In this document: in pieces, positions 36,986 to 45,079 of the stretch
How the letters are laid out: every line of letters begins with the position of its first letter
How positions within the stretch are numbered: the stretch's first letter is position 1
Assembly (NCBI GenBank): GCA_934434555.1
Contig: CAKRZX010000010.1
Location: forward strand, 1,841 to 65,840
Direction of reading: 5' to 3'
Length of the DNA stretch: 64,000 bases
Source: an uncultured Clostridia bacterium
GTDB taxonomy: Bacteria; Bacillota; Clostridia; Christensenellales; QALW01
Made by a program: the position numbers and the translations under genes
Notes under the pieces: model-generated
What the model was told of the DNA's origin: nothing
Databases searched by the model: none
The model's input: only the letters and a program-made list of their open reading frames with translations

Positions 36986-37240
36986 ATGAGTGACGCAATA
37001 ATCGTAGCACTTATATCGGGCGGATTAACCTTTGCGGGGACGGCTATCACCTGTGTTGCGACATTAAGGAAGAATCAACAAAATATGCAGACCACACAGG
37101 CGGTCACAGACACGAAAATCGAGGAACTTACTCGTGAAACCCGTCTCCACAATAATTTCGCTCAACGTGTTCCCGTTATTGAGGAACAAATAAAAGTAAT
37201 CAATCACAGAATAAGTGATTTAGAGGAGGAGAGAAAATGA
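36986..37240 (+). CDS. xhlA: XhlA-like lysis accessory membrane protein
   Basis: One N-terminal TM helix (IIVALISGGLTFAGTAITCVA) followed by a coiled coil. Directly upstream of the endolysin. Confidence 0.6.
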   Translation: MSDAIIVALISGGLTFAGTAITCVATLRKNQQNMQTTQAVTDTKIEELTRETRLHNNFAQRVPVIEEQIKVINHRISDLEEERK

Positions 37241-38055
37241 AAACAGCAGACAAATTTACAGACCAAATGAGGGCGTGGGTCGGACGCAACGAAGCGGACG
37301 GCAGCCACAGGGCGATTATAGATATCTATAACGCTCACAAGCCCCTTGCGAGAGGGTACAAGGTGAAATACACCGATGCCTGGTGCGCTGCCACCGTTTC
37401 AGCGGCGGCAATATCTTGCGGTTACACCGACATCATTCCGCTTGAATGTTCCTGTCAGAGAATGATACAACTTGCGCAGGGTATGGGCATATGGGTTGAG
37501 AATGATGCATATGTTCCAACGCCCGGCGACATCATTCTGTACGATTGGCAGGATTCGGGCAAAGGCAATAATACCGGGTGGGCAGACCACATCGGCGTGG
37601 TCGAAAACTGTGACGGTCAGACCATTACCGTTATTGAGGGCAACTTGAAAGACGCTGTGGGACGCAGAAACATAGCCGTAAACGGAAAATATATCCGAGG
37701 CTTTATTACTCCCCGTTTTGAGAAAGAACCCGTTAAAGAGCCTGAAAAAACCCTTAAATCGATTGACGAAATCGCAAAAGAAGTCATCAACGGCAAATGG
37801 GGCAACGGTGCGGAGAGAAAGCGGCGTCTTGAAGCCGAGGGATATTCTTATACCGAGGTTCAGGCAAAGGTCAACGAACTGTGCAGAAAGCCGTCAGCAA
37901 CGCCCGCAAAGCCCAAAAAGACGCTTAACGAGGTTGCCCGTGAAGTCATAAACGGCAAGTACGGTAACGGCGCAGAAAGAAAAAGACGGATTCCCGCAGA
38001 AACGGATTATACATATGCGGAAGTTCAAGCAGAAGTAAACAGAATCTTAAAATAA
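37237..38055 (+). CDS. Endolysin: CHAP-type amidase/peptidase with two CW_7-like cell-wall-binding repeats
   Basis: Catalytic Cys context DAWCAATVS and His context WADHIGVVE. Two repeats of INGKxGNGAERKRRL...Y.YTEVQAxVN. Confidence 0.8.
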   Translation: MKTADKFTDQMRAWVGRNEADGSHRAIIDIYNAHKPLARGYKVKYTDAWCAATVSAAAISCGYTDIIPLECSCQRMIQLAQGMGIWVENDAYVPTPGDIILYDWQDSGKGNNTGWADHIGVVENCDGQTITVIEGNLKDAVGRRNIAVNGKYIRGFITPRFEKEPVKEPEKTLKSIDEIAKEVINGKWGNGAERKRRLEAEGYSYTEVQAKVNELCRKPSATPAKPKKTLNEVAREVINGKYGNGAERKRRIPAETDYTYAEVQAEVNRILK

Positions 38056-38070
38056 AGGAGATATGAGAAA

Positions 38071-38274
38071 ATGAAAATGTCGAACAAAACTTATGATGTG
38101 CTTAAATGGATAGCGATGTATCTGCTTCCCGCCATAGGAACGCTCTATTTTGCCCTTGCGGGTATATGGTCATTCCCTTACGGCGAACAGGTTGTAGGTA
38201 CCGTCACTGCGGTTGACACCTTTTTAGGCGTTATCCTCGGCATCAGCACGGCACAGTATAAGAAAGAGCAGTAA
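38071..38274 (+). CDS. Holin (Dp-1-like family)
   Basis: 67 aa. KTYDVLKWIAMYLLPAIGTLYFALAGIW...FLGVILGIS gives two TM helices. It is the last gene of the lysis cassette. Confidence 0.7.
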   Translation: MKMSNKTYDVLKWIAMYLLPAIGTLYFALAGIWSFPYGEQVVGTVTAVDTFLGVILGISTAQYKKEQ

Positions 38275-38289
38275 TCTGCTCAACAAAAG

Positions 38290-38322
38290 AACAGCCCGTT
38301 CGTTCCGGAGCGGGCTGTTTTC
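38290..38322. terminator. Bidirectional rho-independent terminator between the holin gene and the minus-strand cargo
   Basis: ACAGCCCG ... CGGGCTGT stem followed by TTTT. Confidence 0.7.
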
Positions 38323-38364
38323 AATTGATTTTAGTCCCATTTAGAAACACTACACTCAAACAGA

Positions 38365-38715
38365 TTAAACAATCGGTACGCTGTCCACGTAACAACTGTC
38401 AGGGCAGATATCGACCTTGTTGTTCCAGACTTTACGGCTGTCTACTGTGGGGTCAATATCCCACGCTATGCTGTTGTCCTCATCTACGTATACGCGACGA
38501 AACGCCTGTATATCGGTAAAAGGCTCGAAAACCGTGCCTTTCTTTAAGGACGGACGGACATCGTACAGACGCTTTTCTCCGTTGTCAAAAGATATTGTTA
38601 AAGTAAAATCGTCGTTTGGAACTACTCCGACTATCTTTTTTCTTCCTGCGGCAAAGTATTCCGCCATTTTCTGATTAAATCCTTTGGACAGATAGTACTC
38701 AACGGATTTCGGCAT
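38365..38715 (-). CDS. DUF2442-family protein
   Basis: VVPNDDFTLTISFDNGEKRLYDV...FEPF...FRRVYVDEDNSIAWD matches the DUF2442 pattern. Lies 16 nt downstream of darG. Confidence 0.6.
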   Translation of the reverse strand: MPKSVEYYLSKGFNQKMAEYFAAGRKKIVGVVPNDDFTLTISFDNGEKRLYDVRPSLKKGTVFEPFTDIQAFRRVYVDEDNSIAWDIDPTVDSRKVWNNKVDICPDSCYVDSVPIV

Positions 38716-38731
38716 ATTTTCATCTCCAAAC

Positions 38732-39823
38732 TTAAACAGTCAGGGTGTCGTGAGAATAGTCGGGAGACATCCATTCTAATTCAGAAAGACTGCCGATAGT
38801 GTTGATAATATCGGTTTCTTTATCGCCTTTCCAATGGGGTTTCCACGTCATAACATAATCGAAAATTTGCTTTTCGGTCACTTGATTATTTCTTTTACAC
38901 AGTTCATCATAAGAGAATAATACTGTTGCTATAATCTCTGCCTGCTCTGTGCTTGTTATTCTGCTTAACAAGTCAAAAGTTTTATCTGCACGGGAGATTT
39001 CGTCCTGCGTATATGCCGAAGCATCAAACTTGAAATCGGGAGAAACAACAGTTTCAACCATTCGCCCAAGATTCCGTTCAGATATAAGATTTGCATTTGA
39101 AAGGGCAGCCACTGCTTGTTTTGCTTCGTTTGAATAAGGACCGTAACTGCCCTCGTTGAAAACAAAGCCTGTCGGAATACCCGCATAAGTGAGCAAATAG
39201 CATATCTTTTGAAATATTGTCCGCCCGACATTAAGTGAATATCTGTCGTTGTTCAATTTTCTGATGACATACAGAATCAAGTACCAATACTTGTTAATCT
39301 GTTGACGCTGTTTACCGATTATTTCTCGCGGAGATTCAATTTCTTTGGTTGCCAAAAATCTCTCGGTAACTTGCTCGGGAGCAGTGCCGTAAGGTGCGTA
39401 AATCTCAACAGCAATAGGTAAATCTTTAAGTTTTGAATACATCAAGGGACCCACCACATCCCACGGAAGCCCGCCATTACCGCAACCCAAAGGCGGAAAG
39501 GCAACAGAGGTAATACCTAACGATTCGTAATTATCTATAAACCAGTCCAATCCGGATATGATGTAAGACAGTTTTGACGGAGAACGCCAATCGTTTTTAG
39601 TGGGAAAATTGATTATTGAAACACCGCAGAGGTCTTTGTGACAATACGGTTTCCCCGGCTGAACGGTTCCGTTTTTGCACATTGCAACATATTCCGAAAA
39701 CATTGCCGGATATCTCTTCTTGAATTCAAGAGCGATGCCCTTGCCCATAACGCCCACACAGTTGACTGTGTTAACCAAAGTGGTGGCTTTGCTCTCAAAA
39801 ATATTACCGATTTTTATAATCAT
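38732..39823 (-). CDS. darG: DarG-like antitoxin: N-terminal macrodomain plus C-terminal toxin-binding region
   Basis: GNIFESKATTLVNTVNCVGVMGKGIALEFKKRYP...INFPTKNDWRSPSKL...VAFPPLGCGNGGLPW. Overlaps darT by 20 nt. Confidence 0.8.
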   Translation of the reverse strand: MIIKIGNIFESKATTLVNTVNCVGVMGKGIALEFKKRYPAMFSEYVAMCKNGTVQPGKPYCHKDLCGVSIINFPTKNDWRSPSKLSYIISGLDWFIDNYESLGITSVAFPPLGCGNGGLPWDVVGPLMYSKLKDLPIAVEIYAPYGTAPEQVTERFLATKEIESPREIIGKQRQQINKYWYLILYVIRKLNNDRYSLNVGRTIFQKICYLLTYAGIPTGFVFNEGSYGPYSNEAKQAVAALSNANLISERNLGRMVETVVSPDFKFDASAYTQDEISRADKTFDLLSRITSTEQAEIIATVLFSYDELCKRNNQVTEKQIFDYVMTWKPHWKGDKETDIINTIGSLSELEWMSPDYSHDTLTV

Positions 39824-40472
39824 ATTCGTTGCCTCCTTCCTTGCAATAAAACACCTTAGGTTTGACTGTTATGTTTTTATCAAAACCCAGTTGTTTTAAT
39901 TTTTCCTCATTTTCTTTGCTTACCACGCACGCACCGACAATATATTCATACGGAATACAAGCAGGGATAAGTATTTCTGCGCATTTTGATGCGCTCTTAA
40001 AACTTTTTGCATACGGGTTTTGGTCATTCCAATTTTGTGCAAACACCAAATCAAAATTTATGTTTCTGATGCCTTCCTCAGGGGAATAAAACCGAACCAT
40101 ATTGCTTGCGGCATTTTTGTCTGATAAAACGCAACCCTCGATATTCAGGACAGACTGGTCAATAGCCAAAATGCATATGTCTTGTGCCTCGTCCTGCCTC
40201 TTGTACAACATTGGATTATGATACGTGAAATATAAATTTGCGTAACTGTGAAGCCTTCCTCCGTTTGGAATGTGCACGTTGTCACGACGGTCCTGGACGG
40301 AAGAAAGTGCTATTGATTTGTGAGGTAAAGAGTAAGTCTTATCAAAACTTAATATACCGTGTTGTATTACTGACGGAATATTTTTTATAGGCATTATGTT
40401 ATAAAAATACTTACTCCGCCCTGCCGATTCTGTTTTAAGCAATGAAATTAAATCAGTCATAATCCGTTGCAC
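39804..40472 (-). CDS. darT: DarT-like DUF4433 DNA ADP-ribosyltransferase toxin
   Basis: IKNIPSVIQHGILS, HSYANLYFTYHNPMLY, VLSDKNAAS and KCAEILIPACIPYEYIVG match the DUF4433 motif order. The start is GTG 40472 or ATG 40460. Confidence 0.75.
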   Translation of the reverse strand: MQRIMTDLISLLKTESAGRSKYFYNIMPIKNIPSVIQHGILSFDKTYSLPHKSIALSSVQDRRDNVHIPNGGRLHSYANLYFTYHNPMLYKRQDEAQDICILAIDQSVLNIEGCVLSDKNAASNMVRFYSPEEGIRNINFDLVFAQNWNDQNPYAKSFKSASKCAEILIPACIPYEYIVGACVVSKENEEKLKQLGFDKNITVKPKVFYCKEGGNEYDYKNR

Positions 40473-40493
40473 CAGTTCAAACTTTACACTGTT

Positions 40494-40522
40494 ATTTTAT
40501 CACACACAAGGTAGTTTCGCAA
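40494..40522 (-). promoter_or_regulatory. Putative sigma-A promoter of darTG
   Basis: Minus strand: TTGCGA, 17 nt spacer with a TG-extended element, then TAAAAT. Confidence 0.55.
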
Positions 40523-40690
40523 GCGTTGTTTTAGATTTTTTTGCCGGCACATTTTTGTGCCATTGGGTGTGTACTTGGGTGTGTACTTCACACAGAAAAA
40601 TACGGCTTTTCAGAGAGCCGAAAAACAATATAAAAACGCTAAAAACCCCGATAATCACTGACTTTTCAGTAATCATCGAGGTTTTTGGAG

Positions 40691-40782
40691 TGGCGGAGAG
40701 AAGGGGATTCGAACCCCTGAATGGGTATTAGCCATTACACGATTTCCAATCGTGCGCCTTAGACCAGCTCAGCCATCTCTCC
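40691..40782 (-). tRNA. tRNA-Ser(GGA), long variable arm, encoded CCA
   Basis: The reverse complement GGAGAGATGGCTGAGCTGGTCTAAGGCGCACGATTGGAAATCGTG...GGGGTTCGAATCCCCTTCTCTCCGCCA folds as a class II tRNA with anticodon loop TTGGAAA. A hairpin with a T-run (40648-40681) lies downstream. Confidence 0.9.
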
Positions 40783-40845
40783 AAAGAGTATTTAAGATAC
40801 TCAAACAGTATAATGTCAAAACATAAATTTGTCAAGCAATATTTG

Positions 40846-43077
40846 CTATGCGGCGTTAATTTTAAGCACCATAACGGTCATATCATCGTCGTTGCCGGAG
40901 GATTTTGCTTTTTCCATAATGTTTTCGGCAAGAATTTTTGGGTCGGAAGAATTGAGGACGGGCAGCATAAGTGAAATTGCGTCGTCATTGCCTTTGCAGA
41001 GCCCGTCATATATTCCGTCGGACACGAGGACGATTATATCGTCTTTTTGCAGAAGTTTTTTTGTGGTGGTTGGGTTTATGCGGGTGACGATTCCTATGGG
41101 CAAAGCGTCGGACTGAACTTTTTCAACCTTCCCCTGACGGAGAATGTAGCCGGGAACGGCGCCGATTTTCGTCCAGTAGAGCATACCGCTGTCCAAATCA
41201 AGTTCGGTTACGTCCATTGTGGAGTATTCTTCGGGATTGCATTTTGAAAGCAAAAGACGGTTCATTGTCTTAAACATTTCATTGCGTTTTATGCCCGTGT
41301 CGGAAAAGGCTTCGAGAAGGTCAAGAGCACTTTCGCTTTTTGCCTGTGCCCGCTTTCCGCTGCCCGCGCCATCGCTTATGGCGGCAAGGTAGCGGTCATT
41401 GTCAATACTTTTAAGGGTGAAAGAGTCGCCGCAGACTTCTTCGCCCTTTTTGTTTTCACGCAGGGCAAAAGCGTCCACCGAGAATTTGGGGACGGGCGCG
41501 AAAATTCCCGTGAAACCGCCGGACTTGTCGCTGCCGCCGCTTAAACAGCGGTAAAGACCCGCGCTGCCGTTTTCAAGAGCAAGGCAGATATCGTTTTTCG
41601 TTGAGCGACAGTTCTTTTTCATTGAAATTTCGAGCGTGTGACTTTCACCGCTCTTTTTGCATATTACGCCCGTAACGCCGCCGATTCGCGAAGAAAGCAG
41701 TTCGCGCACCTGCTTTTCTTTTTCCCTGTCAAACTCGGGAAGAGAATCAAGTTCGTCGGCAAGGGAAAACAACAGTTCACTTATGCTTTTTAATTGAAGC
41801 GCAATTTCGTTTTCACCGTTTTCTTCCTTTGAAAGCGAAAGTGTTTTGTATGCTGCCTGAAACGCCGCAAGCAAATTTACGGGCTGAATGCAGCGGGCGG
41901 TAAGGGTCAGGGGCAGCGAGGAAAGTTTCCCGGAAGCAAGCAGTTCATCGGCGGCGGTGCCGAATTCTATCAGAGTGTCACTTTTGCGGCTTACGGAACA
42001 GTATTCGTTTTTTTTGCACCTGTCGCACACGCGGGACGCAGCGGAAATAAGATTTTCGCGGAAAACATCATCGTGCCCGGCGGAAACAAAGGCGTTGGCA
42101 AGTTCGGTATACATTCTGCCCGCGCTTTCAAGTTTTGCTTTCTGCCGGCGGCGGAGACCGTCAATATAATTCATTTCCAGGTCGTTTACGCCTGAGTATC
42201 TGCCCGAAAGTCTGCCTAAACGCTCAACAAAACTTTTTTTCAAAAACACCGTGTAGCCGCAGCCCAAGGCAATATTTACCGCACCCAAAGAAAGAGAAGG
42301 CTTGTTTAAGGAAAATAGGGTGATAAGCAAGTCACCCAAAATAAAGCCGAGAAGAATTCCGCCCCGTTTCTTTTCAAGCATTCCCGCAATTATTCCGCCC
42401 GAAATAAGGCACAGGGCGCATAACGCGTCGCCGCCTTTAATCACCCATATTATGCCGCAGACCGACGCCCATATGCTTCCCCGGGGACCGAACGCGCAAA
42501 CGGCAAAGGAGGAAGTGGCAAGCAGCGCGAAAACGCAGAGATTGAAAGAAAGAATATCGGTTTTGGGCAATGACGATACGGCAAGTCCGCCCACAAGGCA
42601 CAGGGAGAGAATGTCGGCACGCTCCAAGCACAGACGGGATTCGATTTCTTCCATAGAAACCCACAGCCGCTTTAATATCGGGATAAGACAGGCGCTTATA
42701 AGCCCGGAAAAAAGACAGGCGATTTTGTCCGCAAGGGGCGCGGGCACAATCAGCGCGGGGAGCGCACAGGCTAAGAGCGCGGCAAGCATATGAAAATACA
42801 GTTTGTCCTTAAAAATCTTGCGCAGAAGAAGTATTTCCGGCAAAAGAACCGCGTAGGGAACAAGCGAAAAAAGCATATTCGCGGGGTCAAAATCAAGCGT
42901 AGCCGCGCCTAAGATACAGCCGGAAAATATGTAGAAAAAGTCGCCGGAAATTCCCTGTACGCACAAAAGCGCGTAGCCGAAAGGGTGTACGCCGTCAATG
43001 AACGAAATTTTTGCCGCAATAAAGCCCACAAGCGCCATAAGCACGGGGCGGATAAACCTTTTTATTTTCATTATCAA
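40846..43077 (-). CDS. spoIIE: Stage II sporulation protein E (multi-TM PP2C phosphatase)
   Basis: About 10 N-terminal TM helices. C-terminal PP2C motifs (CGDSF...AAISDGAGSG...VLVSDGIYD...DDDMTVMVLK). Confidence 0.85.
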   Translation of the reverse strand: MIMKIKRFIRPVLMALVGFIAAKISFIDGVHPFGYALLCVQGISGDFFYIFSGCILGAATLDFDPANMLFSLVPYAVLLPEILLLRKIFKDKLYFHMLAALLACALPALIVPAPLADKIACLFSGLISACLIPILKRLWVSMEEIESRLCLERADILSLCLVGGLAVSSLPKTDILSFNLCVFALLATSSFAVCAFGPRGSIWASVCGIIWVIKGGDALCALCLISGGIIAGMLEKKRGGILLGFILGDLLITLFSLNKPSLSLGAVNIALGCGYTVFLKKSFVERLGRLSGRYSGVNDLEMNYIDGLRRRQKAKLESAGRMYTELANAFVSAGHDDVFRENLISAASRVCDRCKKNEYCSVSRKSDTLIEFGTAADELLASGKLSSLPLTLTARCIQPVNLLAAFQAAYKTLSLSKEENGENEIALQLKSISELLFSLADELDSLPEFDREKEKQVRELLSSRIGGVTGVICKKSGESHTLEISMKKNCRSTKNDICLALENGSAGLYRCLSGGSDKSGGFTGIFAPVPKFSVDAFALRENKKGEEVCGDSFTLKSIDNDRYLAAISDGAGSGKRAQAKSESALDLLEAFSDTGIKRNEMFKTMNRLLLSKCNPEEYSTMDVTELDLDSGMLYWTKIGAVPGYILRQGKVEKVQSDALPIGIVTRINPTTTKKLLQKDDIIVLVSDGIYDGLCKGNDDAISLMLPVLNSSDPKILAENIMEKAKSSGNDDDMTVMVLKINAA

Positions 43078-43225
43078 TCACCTTTTTTCCTTGATTATAG
43101 CCGTCGGCAAATAAAAAAAGTGTCGGTTGAGGAAAAAATAAGAAATTTTAATGTCACACCGGGAGTCCGATTTTCAGGTGCGGGTGATATACTGAAACTG
43201 TCGGGGGAACAAAAAGGCAGGTGAA

Positions 43226-43687
43226 GTGATGAACGACATATATTCAAAAAAGGTTCGCCCTCATTTGAAGCAGGCGGAACTGCTTGCGTTTTGCGGTAAA
43301 ACCGAAGAGGAAATAGCGGAGTTTTTTGATATAAAAATAAATACGCTTAAAAAATACCGACGGGAACACGCCGAACTTGACGAGGCGCTGTCGGCGGGGA
43401 AGAATTCTTCGGCACAGGTGATGAAAGCGTTTTTTAAGCGTGCCTGCGGATATACCGCACAGGAAGAGACCTGTGAGTTCAAGGGTAAGAAAAACTCAGA
43501 CGGAGTTATTGAGGATGAACAGGTGGTAAAAAAGACGGTAAAAAAAGACGTTCCGCCGGATTTGAACGCCATAAAGTGGTGGCTTGACGCCACGGGCGCA
43601 AAGAATTCCGACGGCAGCGAACCTACGGTAGAGGAAGCGAGGGAAATGCTGCTTGAAAAACAGAGAATCATTGAAGAAGATAAATGA
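43226..43687 (+). CDS. Terminase small subunit (module 2)
   Basis: HTH (EEIAEFFDIKINTLKKYRREH), then ...KAFFKRACGY. Upstream of TerL. An ATG is at 43229. Confidence 0.6.
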   Translation: MMNDIYSKKVRPHLKQAELLAFCGKTEEEIAEFFDIKINTLKKYRREHAELDEALSAGKNSSAQVMKAFFKRACGYTAQEETCEFKGKKNSDGVIEDEQVVKKTVKKDVPPDLNAIKWWLDATGAKNSDGSEPTVEEAREMLLEKQRIIEEDK

Positions 43688-45059
43688 GCAGGCGGCGCAG
43701 TCACCTCAGGTTTTCAAACTTGCGGGCTATAACCTTATAAAAACCCATAAAAAGCAGATGGAGTTTCACGCCTGTAAAAAGCGCAACAGGTGGGTGTTCG
43801 GCGGCAACCGCACGGGTAAGACGGAATGCGGAGCGGTTGAGGCGGTATGGTTCGCAAGGGGAATACACCCGTACAGAAAAATAAAGGGCGCCACAAAGGG
43901 CTGGGTTGTAAGCCTTACACAGGAAGTGCAGCGCGATGTGGCGCAGGAAAAACTGCTTTCATATATACCTAAAAGTTGGATTGCCAAAATCATTATGCGC
44001 AGGGGCAGCGAGGACAGCCCCGAAAACGGAGTAATCGACTTTATGCTTATCAAAAATGTTTTCGGCACGCTTTCACAGATAGGGTTCAAAAGTTGCGATC
44101 AGGGCAGACAGCGGTTTCAGGGGACAAGTCAGGACTGGATTTGGTTCGACGAAGAACCGCCGAAAGACATTTATGACGAATGCCGTATGAGGGTGCTTGA
44201 CACCTGCGGCGAAATATGGGGCACGATGACGCCGCTTATGGGGCTCACGTGGGTTCACGATGAAATATACTTAAACGAAAACAACGATCCGGAATGCTGG
44301 TACACACTTATGAGTTGGGAGGATAATCCGTATCTTAACGAAAAGGAAGTGGATATGCTGCGGAAACTTTTGCCCGAAAGCGAGCGTGAAAGTCGCGAAC
44401 ACGGGCGGTTTATGAGCCATTCGGGGCTTGTTTACGGCGAGTTTGACGAAAACGTGAATGTTATCGACCCCTTTGACGTTCCGAAAGAATGGCAGGATAT
44501 GATATCCATAGACCCTGGACTTGTCAATCCTCTGTCGTGCCACTTTTACGCCCGCGACGGCGACGGAAACGTTTACGTTGTTGCCGAACACTATTTTTCG
44601 GGCAGGGACGCAAAGTGGCACTGCGAGCGGATTCTGGAAAAATGCCGTCAACTTGATTGGAAAAAGGGCTACGGCGGCAGAGTGGAGGCGCTTATGGATT
44701 CGGCGGCACTGCAACACACTCTTTCTTCGGATAAAAGCGTGGCGCAACTGTTTTATGATTACGGCATAAACGTAAACACCCGTGTAAACAAAAACGTGTG
44801 GACGGGCATACAAAGGGTAAAACAGTACCTGACAAAGCGCGACGATATGCCGCGGCTGTTTATTTTTCGCACTTGTACGGAAATGATAAGGGAAATAAAG
44901 GGCTACCGCTACGGCAGCGGCGATTCGCCCGTAAAAAAGGACGACCACGCAATGGACGAAATGCGCTACTATATTACTTCTCTGCCCGAAATAAAGGCGG
45001 AAAAGCCCGGGCGCAGTCCCAGAGAAGAGGAACGGAGAAAAATTATGAGCCGCGCATAG
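43653..45059 (+). CDS. Terminase large subunit (module 2; a different family from the prophage-1 TerL)
   Basis: Walker A FGGNRTGKTECG. Walker B WIWFDEEP. Nuclease motif DDHAMDEMRY. Confidence 0.85.
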   Translation: MKNRESLKKINEQAAQSPQVFKLAGYNLIKTHKKQMEFHACKKRNRWVFGGNRTGKTECGAVEAVWFARGIHPYRKIKGATKGWVVSLTQEVQRDVAQEKLLSYIPKSWIAKIIMRRGSEDSPENGVIDFMLIKNVFGTLSQIGFKSCDQGRQRFQGTSQDWIWFDEEPPKDIYDECRMRVLDTCGEIWGTMTPLMGLTWVHDEIYLNENNDPECWYTLMSWEDNPYLNEKEVDMLRKLLPESERESREHGRFMSHSGLVYGEFDENVNVIDPFDVPKEWQDMISIDPGLVNPLSCHFYARDGDGNVYVVAEHYFSGRDAKWHCERILEKCRQLDWKKGYGGRVEALMDSAALQHTLSSDKSVAQLFYDYGINVNTRVNKNVWTGIQRVKQYLTKRDDMPRLFIFRTCTEMIREIKGYRYGSGDSPVKKDDHAMDEMRYYITSLPEIKAEKPGRSPREEERRKIMSRA

Positions 45060-45079
45060 CGGCAAAAGGAGGTTAAAGT

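Larger units (their letters stand above)
1..40640. mobile_element. Temperate prophage. The left end is outside the window. The right end is unresolved, somewhere between the holin terminator (~38.3 kb) and tRNA-Ser (40.69 kb).
   Basis: Contiguous integrase, immunity, recombination, replication, packaging, virion and lysis modules. Almost all genes are on the + strand with tightly coupled starts and stops. The element ends next to the 3' end of a tRNA gene. Confidence 0.85.

Noticed and set aside
43078-43225. Sporulation-sigma-type promoter driving module 2 because of its divergent position next to spoIIE
   Set aside because: I could find only a TG-extended TATACT -10-like element (about 43185-43195), with no convincing -35 element or sigma-E/F/G/K consensus. 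A sporulation link cannot be supported from sequence alone.
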